NCBI GenBank assembly: GCA_049472315.1
Contig: JBLIRN010000010.1
Location: 15,091 to 79,090 of the forward strand
Source: a bacterium
GTDB lineage: Bacteria; SZUA-182; DTGQ01; JAFGSM01
DNA: 64,000 bases
Reading direction: 5' to 3'
The translations under genes were made by a program, and so were the position numbers. Below are positions 41,692-52,138 of this stretch, piece after piece. The notes beneath the pieces were generated by a model, which saw only the letters and a program-made list of their open reading frames with translations, had not been told where the DNA came from and ran no database searches. Each line of letters starts with the position of its first letter. Positions within the stretch are counted from its first letter, which is position 1.

Positions 41692-43914
41692 TCAGTACGA
41701 CCACCACGGCTTGACCTCGAGGTCGATGGTGATCACGGCATAGCCTCCCCGTATGTCGAAGGCGATGATTTCAACCTGGTAAAAACCGGGGAAGTGGGTG
41801 TAGAAGTGCCAAAACACATCCCCGTTTGGCAGGGTGCCGGTGGAGCCGATGTTGCTCGAAAAGTAGAGTTCGTCGCCATCGGGGTCCTCCACCCTGAGGG
41901 TGGGGGATGACAACAGGAGTGGTTCCCCGGCCTTGACCACCTGCGGATGGTCCCAATCCATCATGATGACCGGAGGATGATTGAGCCACGTTCCCTTGTT
42001 GATACTGAAGAGTATGAACTCGCCGATCGCCGAGGCACCCCGGTCATCCGTGGCCACCAGCCGGGCCCGATACGTACCCTCGAATTTTGGGGTGAACCGT
42101 ATGAGACCGCTGCAGGGTTCGACTATGCTTTCAATCCAAGGGCCGTATTGATAGGAAGGGAGACCGTCGAGGGTAAAGCTCCAGAATATGTTGTCCATGT
42201 CCGTTCTGAACTGATCGGAGAGGGGGAATCCCGGCACATGGGTGGTTGCAGGCATGTTCGACAGCGAGAATATCGTGCAATCGGCGTCAACCATGCCGAC
42301 GGCATAGGTGTTGAGCTGTCCTACGTAGAAGATCTGATCATCGAGATCCTCGAGATAGGGGGGATGGTTTTCAACCGGATAGTTCACCACGGATATGGGA
42401 AACGTCTCCAGATCCGATACCCTCCCGTTGGTCACCTCGATGCTCAGGATGATATCCTCGAAGTACTGAGGGGTGAAATCGAGTCGTGCGATATTGGGCC
42501 AGTAGGTAAAACCGGCGTTCCACAAGGCGCATTCCAGGTAGAAGCATGGCAGAGGCCCGAAAAAGGGCTTTCCGAAATGCTCGATGACCTCTTCGGCGTC
42601 ATAATAGGCCGGAATATAGGTCGGCATGCCGTCGTAGGGATTGATCTCCAGCGGGTTTATACCGAAAAACTGCGCCCCGCTCGCCCCGATTCCTCCGACC
42701 GTGGCGTTCCAGCCCAGGGTTTGGTTGAAGGATGTTCCGGGAATGAACTCCAGGTGCGGATTGCTTCCCAGGCGGTAGTTGGGATTCGCAAAGATCGGCA
42801 GGTTGACGTCAACGATGAAATCCCTGTCGAAGAGGTCTGATATGTTGGGGTCGGCCTCCGTACCGAACTTGTTGGGATCGGCTCCCAGGGAGAGCCAGTA
42901 GTCCTCGATTGCATTGGGATCCGTGATGAAGATGTCCTCGAACCTGTCGGTGAGCAGGAAATCAAGGATATTTGAGATCTCTTCATCTCCGGTGTCATAG
43001 TCCGCGAAGAAGAGGTATCGGTAGGGTTCGAAGATCTGTGCATAGCGCGGGCCGATTTTATACAGGTAGGGCTGGTACTCGCCGTAGGGGACAACCTCGC
43101 GTTTATGGAAGGCGATATTGTCAACCCGCAGCAGGGGGTGCTGAAACTTGACCATGGCGACCATGGAATTTCCCGTATCCCCGGTTGACGGGTCCGGTCC
43201 GAATCCGTCGCTGTAGTTTCGTTCCCCATCATCGGTAAGGTCCACATCACGGTCCAAATCCCTGATGATATGGCTCCACCTCCCCTGATTGAATTGCCTG
43301 CCTATTCTGAAGAGAAAACCAGGGGGATCATACTGTCCGGTAAAGATATCACCGGGGATTCCATCCCTGAACACGGGGCCGGTCTCGCATACCCCCTCGG
43401 GCCGGTAGATGAGGAGTACCTGGTTCCCGTTCCTGGAGATCACCATGATCGAAGCCTCCCAGGTATCCCACCGTTCGATGCCAACAAAGGGTACCATGAT
43501 GTCGAAGGAGAACAGGCTTTTGTCATTAATGGGGCTTTCGTCAGGATAGGTGACGTTTTGGTTCCATGCAAAAAAGGGATAAAACTGGTTTAAGTGGGAC
43601 ATCATGCAACTGTAGAACAGGACCCTGCTCTTCAGCAATGGGCAGAATATGGTTTCAATCCGCCCAAAGCCCGTATAGGGTCAGTATCCGAAGACAGGGT
43701 AGGGCGGACACGAGCTCTTCCACCCATAGTTGCTCGGTGCGTGCCAGTATTCGAAATCCTGCCATATAAAGGTATCAAGGCTGTGCCAGTCGGTGGACAA
43801 CAATTCCTGCTGGGTGTAGATGGCTGACATTGCCAGGGTCCCGGAAAGCAATAGAATAATACAGATGGTAGCTATAATGAGAGGAAATAGGACACATTCC
43901 CTTCTGGACATCAC
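41692..43914 (-). CDS. Secreted protein of unknown family, paralog 3; one 740-codon frame with an internal TGA at 43681-43683 (candidate selenoprotein, otherwise pseudogene)
   Basis: ORFs 43681..43914 and 41692..43638 are in the same frame. Read-through gives SSCPPYPVFGY*PYTGFGRI versus SSCPPYPVYGWCPYTGFGRI in paralog 2. C-terminus is KPWWSY. Confidence 0.75.
43639..43666 (-). promoter_or_regulatory. Candidate bacterial SECIS hairpin
   Basis: Minus-strand UGGGCGGA-UUGAAACCAUAU-UCUGCCCA: 8-bp stem with one G-U pair, starting 14 nt after the UGA. Confidence 0.45.
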
Positions 43915-44433
43915 CGATCCCTCCTTTCGACTGCGTTTAGCTGCAATCTCAGAATAGTAGAATTTTTCGCATAGGGTGTCATGTCCGGCCCTTTGCTGAT
44001 TGAACAGGGTAAGACACTACGCCGTCTTGAATGTGCGCGTGATGGTTCCCGCGAGGGATTGTGCGCACTGTAATGCTACATATGTCTATGAGAAAATTGA
44101 AAGGAACCTATAACGAAAAAAGGAAAGAAGACACGCAAGAATTGTGAACCCTCGTTTTTGACCGGCCTCTCACCTCCTGTCTTGGCAAAGAATTGAAGTT
44201 CGTAACCTTTATAGAGCAGAAAATAAAAGAAATAATCGGCGCTTTACTTTCGATAATAAATTTTATTGCCGATAAAATCATTTATAATATTATTTAAATT
44301 ATACCATCTTATAAAAATCCAATCAAATAAGGCAGGAAACGCCGGTTCTCGTCCCTCGACCATTCGCAAATAAACGATATACTGCCTGCTGAGGAAAATC
44401 CTGAGGAATAAGGTCCCGTTTTCGACACGCCGG

Positions 44434-44922
44434 TTACTGGCACATCATCATTTGCACCGCTGCAATCCCTTCGGGGGTGACCTTGTAACGTTTTTGCGCT
44501 TGCCTTGTGGTGCCCTTTTTGAGTGTCTGTACCATAAGTTTGGGTCTTTTATTCATCAAGCTGTTGATGGTGGCGGTTATGTTACGCACGCTGTGCCCCA
44601 GGCTGGCGAGTTTCATGGTTATTTCTCGCGCGGTAAGGTCTTCTCCAGGTTGGGTTGTCTGAAGATACGCTGCAACAGCGAGCACCCTTTCCGCATCGTT
44701 TTCCGGGCGAGCCTTGTCAAAGAGGTCCGACGGGGGCGGAAGGGGTTGTCCATCGCCTGAGCCGGCAATCTCCCACCCGGTATCCTTGCTCATCTCCCAT
44801 GGAAGATCAAGGGAGAGCTTTTCAAGAACCCAGCTCATAATACGCCGCTGCGCATGCGCATCGAGACCTCTCAGGGATGCGTAGATTTCGTTCATGATCC
44901 GTATTTCAGGGTCTAATTTCAT
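44434..44922 (-). CDS. Hypothetical protein, probable C-terminal winged-HTH
   Basis: LTAREIT...L...G...NITATINSL...YKVTPEG pattern. Confidence 0.6.
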   Translation of the reverse strand: MKLDPEIRIMNEIYASLRGLDAHAQRRIMSWVLEKLSLDLPWEMSKDTGWEIAGSGDGQPLPPPSDLFDKARPENDAERVLAVAAYLQTTQPGEDLTAREITMKLASLGHSVRNITATINSLMNKRPKLMVQTLKKGTTRQAQKRYKVTPEGIAAVQMMMCQ

Positions 44923-45383
44923 TCCCTCACCGATCGGTTGATACACCCAGGCCTGATTTCTTCATGCGTGAGTAGTGGAAAGGATCTCTTTTGTTATGAT
45001 ACGTCCGCATTAAGGAACCAGAAGGTCATAGGGTATGTATATATCACTATCGATGTAATTGCAAGAGTATTAAATGAAATATTAATGATGATATAATGTT
45101 TCACGTGAAATCATTTAATAATAATGCAATGAATCATTCAATAACATTAAATCTGTCATGATTGCAATGGGTTTCTTATTGGCTTGTGTTCCTTCGTACG
45201 AAAGGCGCGATCCGCGAATGCCCCATAGGAGGACCCCCAACAACCAATCATATCTCCTGTGAATGGAGGTGACTGAATTCAAAACGAAATTATGCGGCAA
45301 TGGAGGAAATACGAGAGGCTTAAACAAAGGGGATATCAGCAGGGTGTTCGTCTCTTCCGGGTATTACATGCAGAAAGGCATCA

Positions 45384-45746
45384 CTACAGGGAATTGTAAT
45401 GGCTGATGGATTTGCTGATCTTGCCGTTTCCATCAAAAAAGAGGACCTCGACGCTGCGTTTTCCCAGTATTGAGTTATGGTAGATGGAGATGCTGTTGAC
45501 GCTTGACAGGACCTCGATCAATTCGTACCTCAATTGGGGCAGCAATTTAAATGCCTTTTGCATGAAGGTCCGGATGGTATCCTTTCCCTTGAGGGTTCCC
45601 GTCTGAATGTTAAGGAGGCTGACGGCATAGGGTGTGGTCAGTTCAAGGTCGTCGGCATAGAATTCCAGGATTCGGTTCACATCATGGGAGTTCCATGCAT
45701 CAATCCATCCTTGTGCAAAGCGGAGCACCTGTTCATTGTGTGCCAT
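45384..45746 (-). CDS. NTF2/SnoaL-like protein
   Basis: FAQGWIDAWNSHDVNRILEFYADD...GKD...GKI. Confidence 0.85.
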   Translation of the reverse strand: MAHNEQVLRFAQGWIDAWNSHDVNRILEFYADDLELTTPYAVSLLNIQTGTLKGKDTIRTFMQKAFKLLPQLRYELIEVLSSVNSISIYHNSILGKRSVEVLFFDGNGKISKSISHYNSL

Positions 45747-45851
45747 TGTTCCGGTCCCCCTCCGGTCAAGGTGAACTTCATTCGGTCAATTGCAATACAC
45801 CGATGGCGGCCTCATGCCCCTATTTTTATTCGACCAACACCCGCGATGTCT

Positions 45852-47003
45852 TCAGGGTCGTTCCGTGATGGGTTCCACCCCATGCCATTGGACGATACGG
45901 ATGTCGCTTTCGATACGGGCATCGATCCTGGTTGGGTAACCGGCAATGCTGACTGAACTGGTAAGGACAAAGGGGTTGATGCGCTGCGCGATGAGAACCC
46001 CTCTGGTGGCGTCGAAGATGCACGATCCCTTGATGTGTCCCGAGGCGTTCATGATGCCCGACATGGTCGCCTGTGGCGTGATCGCCAGGCTCGTTTTCTG
46101 CCCGTTCCGCTCCACCACCAGCAGGGTGGGCCGGTCAACGGGGGAAAGGGAGACGGCGAGGCTGAGATCCAACCAGGTATGGACGTCCATGCTGCCGAGC
46201 CTCAGGATCGCATCCCCCGGCAACATACCTGCCTCGTCAGCGGGAGATCCCGGGACCACCCGGTCGGCGATCACCTCGTGGTCTCCTGTTTCCTGAGCGG
46301 TGCCTTGGACAATCCCGATGACCTTCTTCAGGCCAATCTCCTTGTCAATGAGCTCGAATTCACCCTCAAAATCGATCCATACCCATATGTTGCCGCGGAT
46401 CTCTGCTGTCCTTGCCACATGGTAGGTACAGGTGCCGGGGATCACCGCCTCGGGAATGTCCGGTGCGATGGCAAGAAGGGCATCCCCGGTCCAACGTGCC
46501 CCGACGTCAACGGGGGTTTCGGGAAAAACGGGAATGGAGCGCATATCGACGAAGCCGGAAATATCGGTCATCTCTCCATACTGGGTGATCGAAAACCCGC
46601 CGAGGCGATCGGATGAGGAAAAAAGGAACCTGAGGGCGTCAAATCCCTCCCCCTCCGCTTCAAGGTCGTTTCCGGTCAACGTTATCCGAGCGGTTCCATC
46701 GCCTGAAACCTCAGTGACTCCATAGGTCAATCCCATGGAATGCCTCTGGCTCGTGTTCCCCTCCTCGTCCTGTACGAAGGTGCGTTGTTCCGCGCGATAC
46801 AGCACCTTCATCCCAGGCATGAATCTCCATCGAAGCAGAAGCGGGCCCGGGGCATTGATGCCCCAACCGGACTCCAGCCACAGTGATTCGCCTTGAGCGG
46901 AGGCGGGTCGTTTCGCCCTTATGGAGGCACACGAGGTGCACAGAACGGCGAGTGCGCACCACCATACGAAAATTACAGTAGTTTCAGACAGGAATCTCTT
47001 CAT
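45852..47003 (-). CDS. Probable lipoprotein with an inserted PDZ domain
   Basis: Hydrophobic N-terminus with lipobox-like CTSC; PDZ motif VVPGSPADEAGMLPGDAIL...LVVERNG. Confidence 0.7.
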   Translation of the reverse strand: MKRFLSETTVIFVWWCALAVLCTSCASIRAKRPASAQGESLWLESGWGINAPGPLLLRWRFMPGMKVLYRAEQRTFVQDEEGNTSQRHSMGLTYGVTEVSGDGTARITLTGNDLEAEGEGFDALRFLFSSSDRLGGFSITQYGEMTDISGFVDMRSIPVFPETPVDVGARWTGDALLAIAPDIPEAVIPGTCTYHVARTAEIRGNIWVWIDFEGEFELIDKEIGLKKVIGIVQGTAQETGDHEVIADRVVPGSPADEAGMLPGDAILRLGSMDVHTWLDLSLAVSLSPVDRPTLLVVERNGQKTSLAITPQATMSGIMNASGHIKGSCIFDATRGVLIAQRINPFVLTSSVSIAGYPTRIDARIESDIRIVQWHGVEPITERP

Positions 47004-47121
47004 ATCAGGGCCTTTCCTCATGCTCAAAACCTAACCATTGTCCCGTACATTTCTCTTCATAGTTATCTATTGCCTGCAATAATTGCATTGCAGATTCAGC
47101 GTAAACGTTGAGTGGTTTCTC

Positions 47122-47523
47122 CTAAATATATCTATTTACGAATACTTGTGGTTTTATAATCTCAATACCTTGATATCCGGAGACTTTCAATAGATGTTTA
47201 TCACCGCTAACTATTAGATTACTTCTGCTACTAATTGCACATGCAATAAATTTATCATCATCAGGATCATCACAAATAGGTTCAGATAGGTTATTAACAT
47301 AGATGAATTCAGCTTTAATTGTTAATAATTCGAGTATTGGGTTTAGATCGATCAGTGGAAACTGATTAGATAATTCTTTACCAACACGGTAGTATTCATC
47401 GAATATTTCTGGTGAGATAACAATTGCTAATTTGTCATCATGCCATGCCTTGAGGATTTGAAACGGAGGACCTGTAAAAAAGACTCCCGAGATAAATACA
47501 TTAGTATCGAGGACAATCCTCAA
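47122..47523 (-). CDS. PIN-domain toxin (putative type II TA)
   Basis: MRIVLDTNVFISG...DPDDDKFIACA...IVSGDKHLL; AT-rich. Confidence 0.9.
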   Translation of the reverse strand: MRIVLDTNVFISGVFFTGPPFQILKAWHDDKLAIVISPEIFDEYYRVGKELSNQFPLIDLNPILELLTIKAEFIYVNNLSEPICDDPDDDKFIACAISSRSNLIVSGDKHLLKVSGYQGIEIIKPQVFVNRYI

Positions 47524-47783
47524 TTTTTGCCCCGAACCTTAGTAATAGCAGCAGATATGTTGGCTTTTTTCATTCCTGATTTTTCGGCATATTTGCGAGC
47601 TTGAATAATTATATCATCAAAATCTTTAATTGATGGCGGGTTTATTGATTTCAGTATTACTACATCTTTTTCTCCAATTACAATAAATTGAGAACCTTCT
47701 TTCAATTTCAGTCGCTTACGAATTTCCTCTGGAATTACAACTTGGCCCTTTGAAGACATCTTGGTTGTGGACAACTTTGACAT
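47520..47783 (-). CDS. AbrB/MazE-type DNA-binding antitoxin
   Basis: TKMSSKGQVVIPEEIRKRL; 4-nt overlap with the PIN gene. Confidence 0.9.
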   Translation of the reverse strand: MSKLSTTKMSSKGQVVIPEEIRKRLKLKEGSQFIVIGEKDVVILKSINPPSIKDFDDIIIQARKYAEKSGMKKANISAAITKVRGKN

Positions 47784-47981
47784 AGTATAGCTCCTATCTT
47801 GACGAAATAAATACCACCGAAAAAAATCTTACTAGTAAGATTATAAACAATTATGCAGCTCGACTCAAGACTCATGGAGCATGTTTAAAAAAAACGTCGA
47901 GGTCGTAAAGAATGGATTTTGGAGAGTGCCTCATCGTTCTTTCAGGGGGCAAGGATCGGACTACCAACCTAATCTGACAGA

Positions 47982-48416
47982 TTAGAGGGCGGACTCGATC
48001 CATCGAAGGATGCCGTCAACATCCATGGCCCCGGTGTGGCGGGCGATCTCACGCCCTGACCGAAAGATGATCATGGTGGGAATACCCCGGATGCCGTATT
48101 GCGCGCCGATCCCCTGTTCCTGTTCGGTGTTGAGCCTGGCAAGACGCACCCTGGGCTCCAGTTGACGGGCGGCCTGTTCGAAAAAGGGGGCCATCGTCCT
48201 GCAGGGGCCGCACCATGGTGCCCAGAAGTCCACTACCACCGGGATGGTGGAGTGGTTGATATGTATGGCGAAATTCGCTGCGGAGAGCTCAATGGGATGG
48301 GCGTTGAACAGGGAGGTCTTGCATCTCCCGCATGTCGGCCGGTCGTTAAGGCGCTCACCGGGTACGCGGTTTGTGGTGTTACAGGAGGGGCACACGATAT
48401 GTAATGGTGCATTCAT
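47982..48416 (-). CDS. trxC: Thioredoxin 2 (zinc-binding N-terminus)
   Basis: CPSC...CGRC zinc finger plus WAPWCGPC active site. Confidence 0.93.
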   Translation of the reverse strand: MNAPLHIVCPSCNTTNRVPGERLNDRPTCGRCKTSLFNAHPIELSAANFAIHINHSTIPVVVDFWAPWCGPCRTMAPFFEQAARQLEPRVRLARLNTEQEQGIGAQYGIRGIPTMIIFRSGREIARHTGAMDVDGILRWIESAL

Positions 48417-51400
48417 GTGCCGGCCTTTCCTTCCGCATTGACAGGCCGGCTGCCGCCCGTCCTGATCGCCTCCACGATCTCTTCTTCGGAATGGGTCAGG
48501 AGGAATTCCGGGGTAAATCCTTCCAGGAGTGTGTCATCCCACGGTATGTTCCACTCGGTCACCAAATCCATGATATCATTGTACTTCATCCCCAGGGCCC
48601 TGATCTTTTTGTCGAGTGGGAGCTCCCGGCAGAAGCTCACGTGCAGTACCGTGAGGAATGCCTCCATGTCCTTCTTGCCGAGAAGGGGAAAGATGATGAT
48701 CCGTGCCTTGTCCCAGACACCGATTCCCACATACAACCGGTTGTTTTTCACGATCGCCCGCTTGGTGCCCCTAAGGGTATGATCCCGTTCCACCCTTGAT
48801 TGCATCTCCTTGCTGATCCCGTATCGTTCTACAACCCGTATCTGTGATTCCGGGGTGGGGAGACCGAAGGGATCCAGGCCGGTCACGTGGTAGAGGGTTG
48901 CCCCCTCTACGCTGATCACTGCATTCTGTATCTGCTTTAACTGGGATATGATGTGCGGGGACAGGTCAGAGGGCGCAAAACCCAAAACATGAAGCATGTC
49001 AAAGAGTGTGCCGGTGAGGGTCACCGGGAGCCTGCTTGTGCCGACGGTCACCGTTTTTGCCTGATGCTTGATGGCGTCGATGGGCCGGGAGATCTGGTCG
49101 ATGACCTCCTCCACCACCTGGCACAGGAGAATAAGGGGATCGCCGTGCGATGCCGCAGGGCCGAAGTGGTTTTCCATCTCGTTGACGGGGATCTGCCCCA
49201 GGGCATACCTGCATGCAAGGGCAAGATTGCACAGTGTCCCTGGACGCACCGATGCATCGAACCTTCCCTCCTGCTTTCTCTGCATGACAACCCTCTCGAA
49301 TTGCTTGATGAGGAGACGAATTTCGCGGTCATAGATCATGTCGGGCCCCTCTTCGCCCAGCCCCCCGAGGAGGTCGATCCGTTGATGCAGGCGGGTCTTG
49401 AACTCCTTGAAGAAATGCGCCTCCTCATCCATTGCCCTGGCCACGTAGTATCCCCATAGGTGGCCGGCGAGGGTGTTGAGGATCGGGGCGAGTCGTTCAT
49501 TGGTATTGGGTACGCAAAAAAGGGCATCCGCGAGCCCCTCGAACCGGTCCTCGCCCTCCGATGCAATGCAGACCACGGTTGCCTGATGTGCCTTGAATAT
49601 CGCGGTGTCCTTGATCACGTCCCCCAGCACCGTTTCCCTGTTTCCTGCAGCGCACACGATGATCAAAGGTTCGGCTGAAAGATCGATGTGCTTTCTGTCC
49701 TCCACCACATCCGCAGGCAGGGTCTTGTAGCAGAGTTCGCTCAATTTTATCCTGATCTCGTCGGCAGCAACCTTGTTGGGCCCGCTTCCCACCACCGCCC
49801 AATTCCTCTTCGGGAGTGCCGTTGCAGCGGCTGCCCCGGCGATCCGCTCGCTCTGCTCGTTGATGATCCGGGTCATAAGAGAGGGAAGATGCATGAGATC
49901 GCGCATTTCGGAGGCAATGAAGTCATCGCTGATCGTTCCCATGATTTGGGCAAGTCGAAGGCTGAGGATACAGCCTGCAACGATCTGGGAATAGAATGCC
50001 TTGGTGGAGGCAACGGACATCTCGATGTCCCTGCCGTCGCTGGTATAGAATATACCGTCCACCTTGGTGGCGATGTCGGAATCCCGCCTGTTGACAATGG
50101 CCATGGTGAAGGCGCCGCGGCTCCTTACCAGGTCCACCGCCTTGTTGGTATCCGTGGTGGTTCCCGATTGTGTGACCGCGAGGACCAGGGTGTCGGACAT
50201 GGTCCGGTCAAGACAGAACCCGCTCAATTCGGATGCCTTTTTCGCCCTCACGCTGATGGGCGCCCTGGCGAGATATTCCGTCATGAGCATGGCAATCCCT
50301 TCTGCTGCCACCCCGGCGGTTCCCTGGCCGACAAGGTATATGTTTTTGATCTGTCCCTTTCGCAATCCATTGATGATCCTGGCGGGGAGGATTTCCTCCC
50401 CCAGGTTGAATATAACGCTCCGCTCCCCTTTCTCCTTGAGGATGGTTGCCTTACCCCGTATGGTCTTGCGGACCGAATCGGGCGCCTGGGTGACCTCCTT
50501 GAGGAAATAGTGGGGAAATCCCTCCCGGTCGATGTCACGGGTGGTGATCTGTGCCGTCTTTACGGGCATGTCCGGAATGAATACGGGGTGACCATCGTAA
50601 AAGCATCCCTGGATGCCGTCCAGCCCGCCCCTGGAATCCAGGATGAGGATCTGGCCCTGTGTACCGGAATTCCCGGGTACCCGCTCCCTCTCTCCCTCCA
50701 ATTTTATGTACCGGGGCGTCTGTTCCACCACCCCGTACACCTCGGAGGCAGCAACGTATGAGTCCCGGCCGATCCCCACGAAGATCGCCTGACCGCTTCC
50801 CCGCTGTGCAAGATAGAGGTGATGAGGTTCCAGGTCGGATTGAAGGGCGATGGCGTGTGAACCTTTGAAGTCCGATACGGCATGGCGGAACGCCTCGCCA
50901 AGGGAATTGCCCCTTTTGAGATAGTGCGCCACCCACAGGGGGATGACCTTGGTGTCGGTGGTGATATGGAGAGGGATGCGGATTCCGTCCTCATCCTCGA
51001 GTATCTGTTTGATCTCCTGATAGTTGTCGATGTCCCCGTTCAGGACCACGTTGATCTGGGCATTCAGCACATCCCCGGACTCTATGCAGCCGTCGAGGGG
51101 GTGGCAATTCGGCTCGCTGATCGCTCCAACCGATGCCCAGCGGGTGTGCGCGATGGTATGGGAATAGATATCCGGACGCGACAGGGCAGACCGAAGGATG
51201 CGGTCGTGGGCGATCTCTTCCCGCAGATGCAGGACATTGTCCCCCAGATGGCCGAGCTCACGGGCAGTCTTAAAGATGAAGAACAGGGTAGGGCCGTTCG
51301 CCTTGATCGTGCGGTGAACGAGATCATTCTGGGCGCTCCGGGTATCGTATTCCGTCCCCAGCCCAGCCTCGTGAATGGACCCTTTCCAGGTACGCGCGGT

Positions 51401-52138
51401 CTCCTCGTTGGAAAAGCGGACCATCACGCAGATGCCCGCCGAATCCCTGCCCCTGATCTCCAGACGGTCCAGGTTATTGAGGATGAGATTGAGCTTGCCC
51501 ATCTCGTGAACCAGGGGGCCGGTGATTTCCCCGTCATCATCCTCATTGAGCGGAGCGAGCAGGGACTCCACCTTCTCCATATTCAGGAGAAGCTCCCTTT
51601 CAAGCCACCAGGCGATGTCCCGGAGCTGCACAAGGCGGCTGTTGACCAGTTCGAGGGAGGAGGATTCGATCGTGATGCTCGATTGATCGAGAAGGGCGTC
51701 CTCGGATGAGAGAAAGGACCGGATTTCCAGGGCCTGGCTTTGTATGGATTCACGTGCGCTATCATCCTGAAAGATGTGCCGGAAGGGCTTCAGCCCTTTC
51801 AGAGCAAGGACCGCGTCCCGAAGCTCGCTGAGGGATGTTTCCCCGTTCATGTATTCCTCTGCAGCAAGACGCCCCTCGATGAGCCCCTTTACCCCGCAGG
51901 CGGCAATACCCGACCAAAGTTCCTTCATGCGTGTGAGATGCGATCGATAATTCGCCCCGTTCTCGCCTTCTTGATCACTGCCGGTGTATTCGAGGATGCC
52001 GATGAGTCCGCAACACAGGTAATGGGAACGAACAGGGAACAGGATCCAGGAGCCCGGCGGCACGCTGGCAGCAGATCGTCCGATATATACGGGTGCCGTG
52101 ATACGGGTCGCTATTGTTCGAAAGAGGCGATGAATCAT
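48413..52138 (-). CDS. glmS: Extended (1241 aa) glutamine:fructose-6-phosphate amidotransferase-like protein
   Basis: CGLIG, RGRDSAG, HTRWAS, NGDIDNY, TQSGTT, VASTKAF and HQAKTVTVG motifs, with large insertions. Confidence 0.8.
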   Translation of the reverse strand: MIHRLFRTIATRITAPVYIGRSAASVPPGSWILFPVRSHYLCCGLIGILEYTGSDQEGENGANYRSHLTRMKELWSGIAACGVKGLIEGRLAAEEYMNGETSLSELRDAVLALKGLKPFRHIFQDDSARESIQSQALEIRSFLSSEDALLDQSSITIESSSLELVNSRLVQLRDIAWWLERELLLNMEKVESLLAPLNEDDDGEITGPLVHEMGKLNLILNNLDRLEIRGRDSAGICVMVRFSNEETARTWKGSIHEAGLGTEYDTRSAQNDLVHRTIKANGPTLFFIFKTARELGHLGDNVLHLREEIAHDRILRSALSRPDIYSHTIAHTRWASVGAISEPNCHPLDGCIESGDVLNAQINVVLNGDIDNYQEIKQILEDEDGIRIPLHITTDTKVIPLWVAHYLKRGNSLGEAFRHAVSDFKGSHAIALQSDLEPHHLYLAQRGSGQAIFVGIGRDSYVAASEVYGVVEQTPRYIKLEGERERVPGNSGTQGQILILDSRGGLDGIQGCFYDGHPVFIPDMPVKTAQITTRDIDREGFPHYFLKEVTQAPDSVRKTIRGKATILKEKGERSVIFNLGEEILPARIINGLRKGQIKNIYLVGQGTAGVAAEGIAMLMTEYLARAPISVRAKKASELSGFCLDRTMSDTLVLAVTQSGTTTDTNKAVDLVRSRGAFTMAIVNRRDSDIATKVDGIFYTSDGRDIEMSVASTKAFYSQIVAGCILSLRLAQIMGTISDDFIASEMRDLMHLPSLMTRIINEQSERIAGAAAATALPKRNWAVVGSGPNKVAADEIRIKLSELCYKTLPADVVEDRKHIDLSAEPLIIVCAAGNRETVLGDVIKDTAIFKAHQATVVCIASEGEDRFEGLADALFCVPNTNERLAPILNTLAGHLWGYYVARAMDEEAHFFKEFKTRLHQRIDLLGGLGEEGPDMIYDREIRLLIKQFERVVMQRKQEGRFDASVRPGTLCNLALACRYALGQIPVNEMENHFGPAASHGDPLILLCQVVEEVIDQISRPIDAIKHQAKTVTVGTSRLPVTLTGTLFDMLHVLGFAPSDLSPHIISQLKQIQNAVISVEGATLYHVTGLDPFGLPTPESQIRVVERYGISKEMQSRVERDHTLRGTKRAIVKNNRLYVGIGVWDKARIIIFPLLGKKDMEAFLTVLHVSFCRELPLDKKIRALGMKYNDIMDLVTEWNIPWDDTLLEGFTPEFLLTHSEEEIVEAIRTGGSRPVNAEGKAGT

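Noticed and set aside
43638..43683. Frameshift or two separate genes for paralog 3
   Set aside because: Both ORFs are in the same frame and the 14 intervening codons align with paralog 2; only the TGA interrupts.
43681..43683. Genome-wide UGA reassignment (code 4 or 25)
   Set aside because: TGA ends many conserved genes at their expected C-termini (hisF, argJ, tsf, frr), and the aligned residue is Cys.
44060..44180. Strong SD (AGGAGGTGA, minus strand) followed by a KRGFTILACLLSFF signal-like stretch
   Set aside because: No properly placed start codon and early stops; at most a decayed fragment that I cannot support.
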